64,000 bases of DNA from an uncultured Chloroflexia bacterium (GTDB lineage: Bacteria > Chloroflexota > Limnocylindria > Limnocylindrales > CSP1-4): the NCBI GenBank assembly GCA_963850035.1, contig CAWKJP010000005.1, positions 195,644 to 259,643 on the forward strand, given 5' to 3'. The position numbers and the translations under genes are program-made. The notes beneath the pieces are model-generated. The model made no database searches. It had not been told where the DNA came from and saw only the letters and a program-made list of their open reading frames with translations. Of this stretch, positions 19,676 to 30,251 are shown one piece after another. How positions within the stretch are numbered: the stretch's first letter is position 1; each line of letters begins with the position of its first letter.

Positions 19676-20761
19676 ATGCTGACCGCGCTCCGTCGCCTGA
19701 TCGGCTCTTCCGGCGCCCTGCGCAACCGGGTCGTCGCGGTCTACGCGTTCCTGGTGGTCTTCAACCTCCTGGCCTGGACCCTCGCGATCGTGAGCTCGAC
19801 CGCCTACCCGATCATGCTCCCGACAGCCTTCCTGGCCTACACGTTCGGACTCCGCCACGCCGTGGACGCCGACCACATCGCGGCGATCGACAACTCGACC
19901 CGCAAGCTCATGCAGGACGGCGAGCGACCCGTGGCCGTCGGGCTCTTCTTCTCCCTGGGCCACTCGACGATCGTGGTCGGCCTGACGGTCCTGGTCGCGA
20001 TCTCGGCCGGGATCATCAGCGACATTCCGGCCGCCCGGCAGGTCGGCGGCCTCATCGGGACCGCCGTCTCCGGCACGTTCCTGCTCGTCATCGGGATCAT
20101 CAACCTCGTGGTCCTGCTCGACATCACCCGGATGTTCCGGCAGGTCGCGGCCGGCGGGTCGTACAGCGAGGAGAGCCTCGAGGACTTCCTCAACAACCGG
20201 GGCCTGCTCGCCCGGCTCCTGCGGCCGATGCTCCGGCTGATCCGCAAGAGCTGGCACATGTATCCGCTTGGGGTCCTCTTCGGGCTCGGATTCGACACCG
20301 CGAGCGAGGTGGCGCTCCTCGGCCTGGCTGCCACGTCCGGCGCCGGCCACCTCCCGGTCCCGTTGATCCTGATCCTCCCGGCGCTGTTCGCGGCCGGGAT
20401 GTGCACCATCGACGCGACCGATGGCATCCTCATGCTCGGCGCGTACGGCTGGGCCTACGTCAAGCCGATCCGCAAGCTCTACTACAACCTCAACATCACC
20501 CTGGTGTCGGTCCTCATCGCGTTCGTCGTGGGCGGGATCGAGATCCTGAGCATCGTGGCTTCGCAATTCCACCTGACCGGCGGGATCTGGGACTTCGTGA
20601 GCGGGGTGGACTTCGGCCTGATCGGCGTGGCGATCGTGGCAGTCTTCGTGGTGAGCTGGGGCGCGTCCACCCTGATCTACCGCTGGAAGGGCTACGACAA
20701 CCTGACGCCGGGCCCGGCGAAGGACGCCTCCGGGCTCGACGGCTTCGACCGGGCCGCCTGA
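19676..20761 (+). CDS. HoxN/HupN/NixA-family high-affinity nickel/cobalt transporter (NiCoT)
   Basis: 361 aa with 8 predicted TM helices. It carries the canonical NiCoT signature (RHAVDADHIAAID) and LGHS / GLGFDTASEV motifs. Confidence 0.85.
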   Translation: MLTALRRLIGSSGALRNRVVAVYAFLVVFNLLAWTLAIVSSTAYPIMLPTAFLAYTFGLRHAVDADHIAAIDNSTRKLMQDGERPVAVGLFFSLGHSTIVVGLTVLVAISAGIISDIPAARQVGGLIGTAVSGTFLLVIGIINLVVLLDITRMFRQVAAGGSYSEESLEDFLNNRGLLARLLRPMLRLIRKSWHMYPLGVLFGLGFDTASEVALLGLAATSGAGHLPVPLILILPALFAAGMCTIDATDGILMLGAYGWAYVKPIRKLYYNLNITLVSVLIAFVVGGIEILSIVASQFHLTGGIWDFVSGVDFGLIGVAIVAVFVVSWGASTLIYRWKGYDNLTPGPAKDASGLDGFDRAA

Positions 20762-20819
20762 GCGCCGTCCAGGGTCCTGGGCGCCGTCCGCGCCCCGAGC
20801 GCGGCCGGATCACGCCGGG

Positions 20820-21263
20820 TCAGCCGGCGCCCGATCCCACCTCGTGCCGCGCCCAGGCGTAGAGGGCGTCGTAGACCGGGAGCTCCAGCTCGAGCTGGCG
20901 CTGGTCGTCGAGGCCGAGCAGCGCGAACCCGTCCGCGATGGCGAGCAGGCCGCGGGACTGCGGCGTCGCGTCGCGGTCCTCGGTGACATCGGCGCCGTGG
21001 ACCACCCGCGCCATCAGCGCAAGCGCGGCGTCGGCGCCCAGCCCGTGCTGCTCCACCATGACCTCGAACGTGCAGAGCCCATCGCGGTGCGTAAACGTGG
21101 CGCCGGGCGCGTCGAAGCTCGTCGCCCCCTCGCGCTCTGCGTATGCAAGGACCTGGTCACGGTGCACGAAGACGATCTCGGCACCCTGGTCGATGAAGGT
21201 GCGGACCAGCCAGGGGCAGGCAACCCGATCGGTATGCGGGTGCTCGCGCGTGACCCACTTCAT
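20820..21263 (-). CDS. ChrB C-terminal-domain-like (Chrome_Resist) small protein
   Basis: 147 aa (MKWVTREHPHTDRVACPWLVRTFID...). It resembles short actinobacterial chromate-resistance-domain proteins as I remember them, so the call is tentative. Confidence 0.45.
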   Translation of the reverse strand: MKWVTREHPHTDRVACPWLVRTFIDQGAEIVFVHRDQVLAYAEREGATSFDAPGATFTHRDGLCTFEVMVEQHGLGADAALALMARVVHGADVTEDRDATPQSRGLLAIADGFALLGLDDQRQLELELPVYDALYAWARHEVGSGAG

Positions 21264-21306
21264 GGTGCTCCTCCTTCGCATGCGTGGCCCGGAGACCTGG
21301 GACCGC

Positions 21307-22233
21307 TCAGTCGGCGTCGAGGAGCTCGAGCACGGGGGCCATCGCCTCGAGCGCCTCGAGCGTCTGCGGCTCCAGCAGGAACTCGAGCTGGGTGAACCCG
21401 GCGTCGCGAAACGTCCGGAACGAGTCCGCGATCTGGCCAGCCGAGCCGGTGATCGCGCTCCCGAACATGCCCGTGTACTCGCCCGACGCAAGGGGCGCAA
21501 CGACGACGCCCGCCGAGCGGCGGATCGCCGCCGGGTCGCGGCCGATCTCCGCGCAGGCCGCCTCGAGCCCCGCGACCCGGGGCCCAAGCTCGGTGACGTC
21601 GCTCCGCTCGATGGCGTAGCAGCTCCAGATGTCGGCGAGGCGGGCGGCGTGCCGATACCCCTTCGGACCGTGACCGGCGATGAGGATCGGGATGCCGCCC
21701 GGGCGCGGCCCGGGCGGAAGCTGCTGAAGCCCGCGCGCCACGTGGTACGTGCCGTCCAGATCTGCGCGGCCCGACCGGATCAGCGGGACGACGATCTCCA
21801 GCGCCTCCTCGAACCGCTCGTAGATGTGGTCCTCGGGCAGGCCGAAGCTTTGGGCGCCGCTTCCAGCGTGGCCGGCCCCGAGACCCAGGACGAAGCGGCC
21901 ACCGCTGATCTCGTCGATCGTCGCGGCCGCCTTGGCGATGATCCCGGGATTCCGGTGAAGCGCCGAAGAGACCCACGTGCCCACCTTGATCCGCGAGGTC
22001 ACGGCGGCCATCGCCGCGGGCAGCGCGACGCCATCCCAGAACCCGTACACGGGTCCTTCCTTGACCAGGCGACCCACCAGCTCGTCCGGGCTCCACACCG
22101 TGTCGAGGCCCATCTCCTCGGCGCGCTGCGCCATCGCCCGGATCTCGCCCCAGCCGACCGTCGCAGGGTCCTGGCTGGACCGCCAGGTGGTAAGCGCGAC
22201 CCCGATCTCGAACGTGCGCACCGGATCCTCCAT
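21307..22233 (-). CDS. LLM-class (luciferase-like monooxygenase) F420-dependent oxidoreductase
   Basis: 309 aa starting at an internal ATG (MEDPVRTFEIGVAL...). It has a TIM-barrel LLM pattern (FDTVWSPDEL, GRFVLGLGAGH). Confidence 0.75.
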   Translation of the reverse strand: MEDPVRTFEIGVALTTWRSSQDPATVGWGEIRAMAQRAEEMGLDTVWSPDELVGRLVKEGPVYGFWDGVALPAAMAAVTSRIKVGTWVSSALHRNPGIIAKAAATIDEISGGRFVLGLGAGHAGSGAQSFGLPEDHIYERFEEALEIVVPLIRSGRADLDGTYHVARGLQQLPPGPRPGGIPILIAGHGPKGYRHAARLADIWSCYAIERSDVTELGPRVAGLEAACAEIGRDPAAIRRSAGVVVAPLASGEYTGMFGSAITGSAGQIADSFRTFRDAGFTQLEFLLEPQTLEALEAMAPVLELLDAD

Positions 22234-22285
22234 CGAACGGCGGGCTGGCCACGAGTCTACGTGGGCGGCGAGGGCCCGCGGCCGG

Positions 22286-22892
22286 TCAGGCGCGTGATCG
22301 TGCGGGCGGCGCCGACCCGGCGCCAACGGCTCCGTCCTCGGGCTCGTCGGCGCGAACCTCGATCCCGAGCTCCGCCGCCAGGAGCGGCGCAAGATCCTGC
22401 AGCTCGGACGGGCTGACGATCGCGCCGCGGAGGCTCTCGACGCCGACGAGCGAGCGCATCCTCGCGCCGGTCAGGTCGAACCCGGCAAGGGTGGCGCCGG
22501 CCACGTTGAGCTCGTCGATCGCAGAGTCGACGAAGACCACCGAGCGCGCACGCGCGGCCCGGAGGTCCAGGCCGCCGATCTCGCAGTCCTCGAACACCAC
22601 GTCCTCGAGCGTCGCGCCCGCGAGATTGACGAAGCCGAGCTTGGCGCCGTGAATCCGCACGCCGGTCCACGTGGCACCGGCCAGCATCAGCGCGCCGAGC
22701 CGGCCGCCCGAGATGCCCGATTCGCGCCAGGTCGGAATCGGCCAGGTCAACGCTGGCCGCACGACAGTCCGCGAGCACGGACTCGACAAGGCGCGCGCGG
22801 CGCATCGAGACGCCGTCGATGCAGCACCGCTGCAGGCGGCACTCGAGGAACCGCGCATCGCTCGCGTCCTGGCCCGTGAAGTCGCGGTCCAC
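22286..22892 (-). pseudogene. pentapeptide-repeat protein with an apparent frameshift near 22700-22720
   Basis: The N-terminal frame (ORF 22257..22892: MDRDFTGQDASDARFLECRLQRCCIDGVSMRRARLVESVLADCRAASVDLADSDLARIG) has a clear A(D/N)LxX periodicity. The periodicity continues in the other frame (ORF 22286..23257: ...GATWTGVRIHGAKLGFVNLAGATLEDVVFEDCEIGGLDL...). Confidence 0.5.
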
Positions 22893-23033
22893 GAAGTCGA
22901 GGGCGTCGTAGTCACGGTGCGGCTCGAGCCGCTGGCCGTCGAAGCGCGCGAGAGTCGGCAGGATTGCCGGTCGCGCCGGTGTCGGCGATGCGCGACGCTC
23001 CGGCCGTCGCGCCCGGGACCTTCCTGGCTGCCG

Positions 23034-24746
23034 TCATGAACCCGGCGCCCGCCCGCGCACGCCCGGAGGGCTGCGTACGGGTGCCACGATGCCGGGATCG
23101 GGGCCCGTCTCGCGCTGGTCCATGGCGTGGCGGTCGGTTGCGCGCATGACGTGCTTCGCCTGGTACATGTGCCGGTCCGCCTCGCTGATGAGCTCGTCGA
23201 GCGTCCGCGGACGATCCGGGTCGAATAGGGCGACCCCGGCGCTGAGCGAGATCGCAAACGCGCGGTCCGGGGCCTCGTTGGCTCGCTGGACCACGTCGCC
23301 GATCCGCTGCACGAGCCTGACCCCGTCCGTGGGCGTGACCTCAGTCGCCAGGATCGCGAACTCGTCGCCGCCGAATCGGGCGACGAGGTCGGCCTCCCGG
23401 AACGTCCGGGTCCGCAGCAGATCGGCTGCCTCGCGGAGCGCCTGGTCCCCGGCCTCGTGGCCGAGGCGATCGTTGATCTCCTTGAGGCCGTCGAGGTCCG
23501 CGAAGACGAGCCAGAGCCGGTTCCGCGTTCGGATCGACGTGCGGAGCTGCTGCTCGGCGAGCGTCGTGAAGCCCCGCCGGTTCAGGAGCCCGGTCAACCC
23601 ATCGGTCAGCGACAGCATGCGGATGGTCTCGACCATCTGGCGCCGCTCGGTCACCTCGCGCAGCACCACGAGCATCCCGGCATGGCCCCGGCGCTCGTCC
23701 TCGAGCGCGCTGCGCCGCACGTTGAACCACCGAGCCGCCGGGGGAGGCCCATCCGCCGGCGCGGGGCCCTGGGGCTCGGGTCGCACGGGTTCGATGGGGA
23801 TCTCCACCTCGCCTTCCCCGGCCGCCTGGCACGCCACGACGAGCGCAGGGAACCTGTGGAGGACGTCGTCGATCGCCTGCCCCACGGCATCCCGACCGAT
23901 CCCGAGGAGTCTCGTCGCCGACAGGTTGAACGCCGCGATCCGCCGCTCCGGATCCAGCACGAGCACGGCATCCGCGAGCGAGTCGACGAGCGTCGGCCAG
24001 GCGACCGGCATGACCTCGAGCAGCCGGGCCCGGAGGACGGCCCACGCGCCGATGAGCCCGGCGACCGCGAACGCGATCGAGCTCAGGTCGGCGTGCACCT
24101 CCGACTCGAGCCCGGCCACGTAGACGACGCTGACGACCACCGGCACGAGCGACCCGACGATGACGATCCGCATCCGAGCCGAGTAGACCCGGGGATATCG
24201 GTAGATGGCGGCCACGAGCGCCAGGAGCCCGACCCCGATGAGGATGTAGGCATACGCAGCCACCACCCAGAACCACGGGCCATGCTCGTAGACGGCGGTG
24301 ACGCCCCAGGCGTCGATGAGCGTGACCTTCGTCCAGAGGAGGTGGTGCCACTCGTTCGTCGCCGCCACGCCCACCGAGATGCTCGGCACGAGCAGCAGGA
24401 GCGCGACCCGGCCACGAGTGAGCCATGCGTCCTGGCGCGTCCATGCCAGCACGAAGAGCAGGTAGAGAACCGGTGCGCTCTCGATGCCGGCATAGGCGAC
24501 GACGGACCAGGCGATCTTCATCGTCCGATCGACGGCCGACGCTTCGAGCGCGTTCGCGAGCAGCCACCAGCCGACGGCAAGCATCAGGAGCGCGAGGCCG
24601 CCGGCGCCGACGAGGTGGCGTCGCCGCCACGCCGCAAGCGCCACCCCGACCGCGACCGCGGCAGAAGCCAGGTACGACAGGACGAGGAGGTTCAGCTGCA
24701 ACGAGCCCTCCGGGGCGAGGAGCGGGATACCGTTGCATTGCGGCAT
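23034..24746 (-). CDS. membrane sensor (about 7 TM) - PAS - GGDEF diguanylate cyclase
   Basis: 570 aa with an N-terminal polytopic domain, a PAS domain and a GGDEF domain carrying an intact active site (RFGGDEFAIL). Confidence 0.85.
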   Translation of the reverse strand: MPQCNGIPLLAPEGSLQLNLLVLSYLASAAVAVGVALAAWRRRHLVGAGGLALLMLAVGWWLLANALEASAVDRTMKIAWSVVAYAGIESAPVLYLLFVLAWTRQDAWLTRGRVALLLLVPSISVGVAATNEWHHLLWTKVTLIDAWGVTAVYEHGPWFWVVAAYAYILIGVGLLALVAAIYRYPRVYSARMRIVIVGSLVPVVVSVVYVAGLESEVHADLSSIAFAVAGLIGAWAVLRARLLEVMPVAWPTLVDSLADAVLVLDPERRIAAFNLSATRLLGIGRDAVGQAIDDVLHRFPALVVACQAAGEGEVEIPIEPVRPEPQGPAPADGPPPAARWFNVRRSALEDERRGHAGMLVVLREVTERRQMVETIRMLSLTDGLTGLLNRRGFTTLAEQQLRTSIRTRNRLWLVFADLDGLKEINDRLGHEAGDQALREAADLLRTRTFREADLVARFGGDEFAILATEVTPTDGVRLVQRIGDVVQRANEAPDRAFAISLSAGVALFDPDRPRTLDELISEADRHMYQAKHVMRATDRHAMDQRETGPDPGIVAPVRSPPGVRGRAPGS

Positions 24747-24858
24747 CCCATCCTAACCGCCCGACACCCGCCCTCGGACCCGTCCGGCGCCGCCTGCGCC
24801 CGGTGCGGCCCCGGCCCCGATCCCGGCCGGGACCCGGCGGAGCCGGGCGCCCATCGGA

Positions 24859-26097
24859 TCAGTCCAGGTCCACGCTGGAGAGCGTCCGCAGGCCGTGCTC
24901 GGCGATGGCGCGGTTCACCGATTCCGGGACCGGCTGGTAGCCGGCTGCGAACGCGGTCGGATCGGCGCTGAGGATCCGCATGGCGTGGGCCTGGAGCGCG
25001 AATCCCAGGTCCATGATCTCGATCTGGTGGCCGGTCCCGGCCGACAGGTTGAGCATCTCGCCGCGGGCCAGGAGGTGGACGCGGCGGCCGTTCGGCAGGT
25101 CGAACTCCTCGACGTGGGTGTTCACCGGGCGCGAAGCCGTCGCCATGGCGCGCAGGGCGTCGACGTCGATCTCCGTCGCGAAGTGGCCCATGTTCCCGAG
25201 CATCGCCCCGTCCTTCAACCGCGTGAGGTGCTCGCCGGTCACGACGCCGGGCCGACCGGTCACGGTGATGATCGTGTCGGCGCGCTCGACCGCGCGGTCG
25301 ATCGTCGTGACGTGCATCCCCTCGAACGCCGCCTCGAGGGCGCGGACGGGGTCGATCTCGACGACGATGACGATTGCGCCCAGCGCCCGCAGGGTGCGGG
25401 CAAGGCTGCGGCCGCACCATCCGAAGCCGGCCACGGCGAACGTCTTGCCCGCGATGAGCGTGTTGGTGGCGCGCATGAAGCCATCGACCGCGGCGGGCCC
25501 GATCCCGCGCTCGCTCTCGAAGGCAAGCTTGATGGGGCTGTCGTTGATGACGATCACCGGGTAGCGGATGCGCCCGGCAAGCTCGCCCACGAGGCGGTTG
25601 CGGCCGGAGGTCGTCTCCTCGGTGGCGGCGACGACCCGCGACGCGGGATCGTCCACGGTGCCCGCGATGAGGTCCGCGCCATTGTCGAGGAGCAGGTCCG
25701 GGTCGGATCGCAGGACCCGCGCGACGTGCTCGCGATGGACCGCCATGTCGTCGGCCTTCGCCGAGTAGATGCGAACCCCGGGCCGCATGCCCATCGCGGC
25801 GGCGACGCCGTCGTCGGTGGTCGCCGGGCTCCCTGTCCAGGCGATCTCCGCCCCGCCGGCGAGCAGCGTCTCCACGAGCACCGCCGTCTTGGACTCGACA
25901 TGGAGGCACATCCCGATTCGCCGGCCCTCGAGCGGACGCTCGTGCGCGAGCTCGACGCGCAGGCGGGCCAGGACCGGCATGTGCGCGCGTGCCCACGCGA
26001 TTCGCGCCTCACCCTCGGCTGCGAGCGCGGGGTCGGCGACGACGCTCGCCTCGAGGCTCGGGAACGGGATCGGCGACGTCGGTTCGATGGCAGGCAC
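24859..26097 (-). CDS. ahcY: adenosylhomocysteinase
   Basis: It has conserved SAHH blocks (HMPVLARL, an NAD-binding GKTFAVAGFGWCGRSLA, and HxxxxxxD). The start is uncertain. I used the GTG at 26097, which gives an N-terminus of about 18 aa before the conserved ADPALAAEG block. An ATG at 26160 is an alternative. Confidence 0.8.
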   Translation of the reverse strand: MPAIEPTSPIPFPSLEASVVADPALAAEGEARIAWARAHMPVLARLRVELAHERPLEGRRIGMCLHVESKTAVLVETLLAGGAEIAWTGSPATTDDGVAAAMGMRPGVRIYSAKADDMAVHREHVARVLRSDPDLLLDNGADLIAGTVDDPASRVVAATEETTSGRNRLVGELAGRIRYPVIVINDSPIKLAFESERGIGPAAVDGFMRATNTLIAGKTFAVAGFGWCGRSLARTLRALGAIVIVVEIDPVRALEAAFEGMHVTTIDRAVERADTIITVTGRPGVVTGEHLTRLKDGAMLGNMGHFATEIDVDALRAMATASRPVNTHVEEFDLPNGRRVHLLARGEMLNLSAGTGHQIEIMDLGFALQAHAMRILSADPTAFAAGYQPVPESVNRAIAEHGLRTLSSVDLD

Positions 26098-26145
26098 GGC
26101 GCGGCGAGTATACGGGCGCGGCCGGGGCGCCTCTGCGTGCCCCAC

Positions 26146-26163
26146 ATGACACCTCGTCATGAC
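26146..26163. promoter_or_regulatory. conserved palindromic motif, site 2 (ATGACA-cct-CGTCATGAC)
   Basis: Read directly. It lies in the divergent region between ahcY (-) and the multi-PAS hybrid kinase (+). Confidence 0.35.
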
Positions 26164-26363
26164 TGGAGGGCGCGGACAGGACACAGTGACGATGGACGAG
26201 CGTGTCCTCCCGGCACCCGCGAGCCGCGCGGGGGTCGGGCGACCGACCCGTCGCGCGCTACATGGGTGAGCACAGATGGCCGAAGACCTGGACGTCACGA
26301 CCCAGCCGAACGTGCTCGCAGGCACGCGGCATCTCGCGCGACGCTCACGAAGGTCCCGGCCAC

Positions 26364-29300
26364 ATGGTGACGCCGGCCGACCGTGCCCCGACCGGCACTG
26401 GGGGCGATGACACGCCCCATCAGGCCGCCGTGGGAGAAGACAGGGCCGCGCGGGCGCTCGAATGGCCCGCGCTCCTGGCTGCCCTCATCGCCATCGGCAT
26501 CGGGCTCGTGGTGCTCCTCGGGTGGGCGACGGGCCCCGGTATCCTCCGCACGTTTCTGCCTGGCGCGCCTCCCATGAAGGTGGGGGCGGCCATCCTGTTC
26601 CTGCTGCTCGGCGTGGCCCTGACCCTGCGAGTGGCAGGTCGGAATCCTCGCGTCGCAGACGCCCTCGCGATCGTCGTGGCCGTCGTCGCGCTTGCCACCC
26701 TGCTCGAATACGCCGCCGGCATCGATCTCGGCTTCGATCGGCTCTTTGTGGCGGACGTGATCGGGCCCGGCGCACCATTCCCTGGGCGCATGGCCGTGAG
26801 CACAGCGGTCGGGCTCGTCGCTGGTAGCCTCACGGTCGTCCTGCTCGGGCGTAGCTGGCTCGGCTGGCGCGTGCGGACGATCCTCGCGGTCGTCGTCGGA
26901 CTGATCGGCGGACTGGGGGTCCTCGGCTACCTGTACGACGCGACCGCGCTCGTCGCCCTCGGGTCGGCGAGTCAGATCGCGCCCCCGACTGCGCTCGGCT
27001 TCGTTATCTTCGCGGCCGGCCTTGTTGCCGCCGATCAGGAGCACGGGCTCATGCCGGTGATCCGCGATCGGGGACTCGCGGGCCAGCTGACGCGTCGGAT
27101 CACGCTGACCATCGCCGTGGTGCTGCCCCTCGCCGGCTGGCTGGACGTGCGGCTCGTTGGCGCCGGCCTGGTGGGCGACGGGCTCGCGATGGCCGCGATC
27201 GTCGGCTTCGAGGTCCTCGTGCTCGGGATCGCCGGAATCTGGACCTCGGGCGGCGTCCTCCGGCTCGAGCGCGCGCGCACGGTCGCCGAGGGTGAGCGCG
27301 ACCAGCAGCTGGAGGTCTCCGAGCGCCTCGTCTTTGCCATCGACAGGTCGACTGACGGGATCGTCATCACCGACCCCGACCGGCGCATCGTCTATGCCAA
27401 CACGGCCCTCGGCAGGACCATGGGCCGTGAACCGGCGGAGCTCGTCGGGATGCCTGTCACACAGGTCACGGCCACCGCCGTGGGCGCCGCCGTCGACGCG
27501 GCCGGCGATGGGGAATGGTCCGGCGAGATCGATCGCCTGGGGCCGGACGGGACGCCGCTTCGCCTCGAGGTGAGGATCACGCCGATCCGTGGTCCGCAGG
27601 GTGAGGTCTCGGCCTGGCTCGGCATGAACCGGGACATCACGGCCGCGCACCAGGCCCGCATGGCCCTCGAGTCATCGGAGCGGCACTTGCGCACCGCGCT
27701 CGACACGATGCTCGACGGCGTCACCATCCAGACGGCAGTTCGCGACGGGACGGGCAGGATCGTCGACTTCCGGGTCGACTACGCCAACTCCGCGATCGGC
27801 CTGATCAGCGGCACGGCGGCCAGCCTCCAGGCGGGGCGCACCCTGCTCGATCTGTTCCCCGCCCACCGGACGAACGGGCTCTTCGATGCGTATGTCCGGG
27901 TGGTCGAGACCGGCGTCGCGTTCCAATCCGAGGCGTTCCACTACGTCGACCCCGACGCGGAGGCCGGACCGCTCGACCAGGTGCTCGACCTGCGGGCCGC
28001 CAGGATCGGCGACGGCTACGTCCTCTCGGTCCGCGACGTGACCGGGCACCGCAAGGCCGAGCAGGTGCTCGTGGAGCAGCGGGCTCTTCTCGCCGCGCTG
28101 ATGGACAACACCCCGGACCACATCTACTTCAAGGACGCCGAGAGCCGCTTCACGATGATCAGCAGGGCCCTGGCGACCTCGTTCGGCCTTGGCGAAGCGT
28201 CACAGGCGGTTGGCAAGGCCGATCTCGACTTCTTCACGGACGAACACGCCCGCATGGCGCTCGAGGACGAGCGCCAGATCATGCGCTCCGGCGTCCCACT
28301 CGTGGGTCTCGAGGAGCGGGAGACACGGCTCGACGGCCGCGAGACCTGGGTCTCGACCACCAAGCTGCCCCGCCGGGATCGCGACGGGTCGATCGTGGGT
28401 ACCTTCGGGATCTCGCGCGACATCACCACGCGCAAGCAGGCCGAGACGGCGCTCGCCGAGACGAACCGGCGCCTGGAGGAAGCCATCACCCGGGCCACGG
28501 AGATGACCCTGCGGGCGGAGACGGCCAACGCCGCCAAGAGCGAGTTCCTGGCCAACATGAGCCACGAGATCCGGACGCCGATGAACGGGGTCATCGGGAT
28601 GATCGGGCTCCTGCTGGACACGGAGCTCGAGGCGGACCAGCGACACTACGCCGAGACCGTCCGGGCGAGCGGCGAAGCCCTCCTCGACCTCCTGAACGAC
28701 ATCCTCGACTTCTCGAAGATCGAGGCCGGTCAGGTCGAGCTGGAGACGCTCGACTTCGACCTGCGCACCCTCCTGGACGACTTCGCGGTCATGCCGGCCA
28801 TGCGCGCCCACGAGAAGGGGCTGGAGTTCATCTGCGCCACGGCTCCGGACGTACCCGCCCGTCTTGCCGGCGATCCGGGACGACTCCGCCAGGTGCTCCT
28901 CAACCTGACAGGCAACGCCATGAAGTTCACGCACCAGGGCGAGGTCTCGGTGCGGGCAGGCCTCCTGGCCGAGACCGGGGCCGACGTCGTCATCCGCTTC
29001 TCGGTCAAGGACACCGGGATCGGGATCGCACCCGAGAAGCAGGCGCGAATGTTCGAGAAGTTCACCCAGGCGGACGCGTCGACCACCCGTCGATACGGTG
29101 GCACGGGTCTTGGCCTCGCCATCTCCAAGCGGCTCGTGGAGCTGATGGGCGGGGAGATTGGCATCGCGAGCGAGGAGGGTCGCGGGTCGGAGTTCTGGTT
29201 CACGGTGCGCCTCGCGAAGCAGGCCGAATCGGACCGCCCGGCGATCCCGGTGGCGGAGCTGCGCGGCGCCCACATCCTCGTGGTGGACGACAACGCCACG

Positions 29301-30251
29301 AATCGCGAGGTCCTGTCTGCCCAGCTCCGTGCCTGGGACGCGCGCCCGCAGGAGGTGCCGGACGGCCCCTCGGCGCTCCTCGCGCTTGCACAGGCGCGGG
29401 ACGCGGGCGATCGCTTCGTCGCGGCGATCCTCGACATGCAGATGCCGGACATGGACGGGACGGACGTCGCCCGTGCCATCAAGGCCGACGAGACGCTGAA
29501 GGACACGCGCCTTGTGCTGCTGACCTCCCTCGGCAAGCGAGGCGATGCGCGGGAGATGGAGGAGATCGGCTTCTCCGCGTACCTGATGAAGCCTGCGCGA
29601 CAGTCGGACCTGTTCGACAGCCTTTCGGCCGTCCTGGCCGGCTCGGAGGTCAGTCGCCGCTCGCGACATATCGTCACCCGCCACGCGGTCCGGGAGATGC
29701 GCCGCGGCGCGGTCCGCATCCTGCTGGCCGAGGACAACCTCACCAACCAGCAGGTCGCGCTGGGAATCCTGCGAAAGCTGGGCCTGCGTGCGGACGCCGT
29801 CGGAGACGGCGCCGAGGCGGTCCGGGCGCTCGAGACGATCCCGTACGACCTCGTGCTCATGGACGTGCAGATGCCGGAGATGGACGGCCTGGAGGCCACC
29901 GCCAGGATCCGCGATCCGATGTCCGCGGTCCTGCACCACCACGTCCCGATCGTCGCGATGACCGCCCACGCCATGCAGGGTGACCGAGACCGCTGCCTGG
30001 AAGCCGGGATGGACGACTACGTCACCAAGCCCATCTCGCCCGACGCGCTGGCGGCGGCACTCGATCGGTGGCTGCCCCGGGAGGAGCCCGCCCCCACTGC
30101 CCATCCGGACGCGGCACGCCCGTCCGAGGTGCGCACCGCCGTGGTCGGTGCCGAGGCATCGAATGCCGGCCCGGACGCGACCGGGGCTGGATCCCGACTC
30201 GACGGCGCCCGTCTTCGACGCGGCGGGGATGATGGACCGGCTCATGGGTGA
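26364..30251 (+). CDS. multi-PAS hybrid sensor histidine kinase with two C-terminal receiver domains
   Basis: It has an N-terminal polytopic membrane domain, at least four PAS domains, an H-box ([17 protein letters not shown]), an ATPase ([18 protein letters not shown]) and two REC domains ([10 protein letters not shown]...[11 protein letters not shown]; [10 protein letters not shown]...[12 protein letters not shown]). The ORF opens at 26202. I placed the start at ATG 26364 ([11 protein letters not shown]), which has GAAGG about 10 nt upstream. An ATG at 26262 is also possible. Confidence 0.85.
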   Translation: MVTPADRAPTGTGGDDTPHQAAVGEDRAARALEWPALLAALIAIGIGLVVLLGWATGPGILRTFLPGAPPMKVGAAILFLLLGVALTLRVAGRNPRVADALAIVVAVVALATLLEYAAGIDLGFDRLFVADVIGPGAPFPGRMAVSTAVGLVAGSLTVVLLGRSWLGWRVRTILAVVVGLIGGLGVLGYLYDATALVALGSASQIAPPTALGFVIFAAGLVAADQEHGLMPVIRDRGLAGQLTRRITLTIAVVLPLAGWLDVRLVGAGLVGDGLAMAAIVGFEVLVLGIAGIWTSGGVLRLERARTVAEGERDQQLEVSERLVFAIDRSTDGIVITDPDRRIVYANTALGRTMGREPAELVGMPVTQVTATAVGAAVDAAGDGEWSGEIDRLGPDGTPLRLEVRITPIRGPQGEVSAWLGMNRDITAAHQARMALESSERHLRTALDTMLDGVTIQTAVRDGTGRIVDFRVDYANSAIGLISGTAASLQAGRTLLDLFPAHRTNGLFDAYVRVVETGVAFQSEAFHYVDPDAEAGPLDQVLDLRAARIGDGYVLSVRDVTGHRKAEQVLVEQRALLAALMDNTPDHIYFKDAESRFTMISRALATSFGLGEASQAVGKADLDFFTDEHARMALEDERQIMRSGVPLVGLEERETRLDGRETWVSTTKLPRRDRDGSIVGTFGISRDITTRKQAETALAETNRRLEEAITRATEMTLRAETANAAKSEFLANMSHEIRTPMNGVIGMIGLLLDTELEADQRHYAETVRASGEALLDLLNDILDFSKIEAGQVELETLDFDLRTLLDDFAVMPAMRAHEKGLEFICATAPDVPARLAGDPGRLRQVLLNLTGNAMKFTHQGEVSVRAGLLAETGADVVIRFSVKDTGIGIAPEKQARMFEKFTQADASTTRRYGGTGLGLAISKRLVELMGGEIGIASEEGRGSEFWFTVRLAKQAESDRPAIPVAELRGAHILVVDDNATNREVLSAQLRAWDARPQEVPDGPSALLALAQARDAGDRFVAAILDMQMPDMDGTDVARAIKADETLKDTRLVLLTSLGKRGDAREMEEIGFSAYLMKPARQSDLFDSLSAVLAGSEVSRRSRHIVTRHAVREMRRGAVRILLAEDNLTNQQVALGILRKLGLRADAVGDGAEAVRALETIPYDLVLMDVQMPEMDGLEATARIRDPMSAVLHHHVPIVAMTAHAMQGDRDRCLEAGMDDYVTKPISPDALAAALDRWLPREEPAPTAHPDAARPSEVRTAVVGAEASNAGPDATGAGSRLDGARLRRGGDDGPAHG

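Noticed and set aside
20761-20822. Direct repeat GCGCCGTCC x2 flanking a CCAGGGTCCTGG near-palindrome between the convergent NiCoT and ChrB-like genes
   Set aside because: The stem is short and imperfect. It is probably just a convergent terminator region, not reported as a separate feature.
26098-26363. Possible SAH riboswitch upstream of ahcY
   Set aside because: I could not recognise the SAH-riboswitch consensus or pseudoknot by eye. A covariance-model search (Rfam RF01057) would be needed. The region is instead occupied by the palindromic motif.
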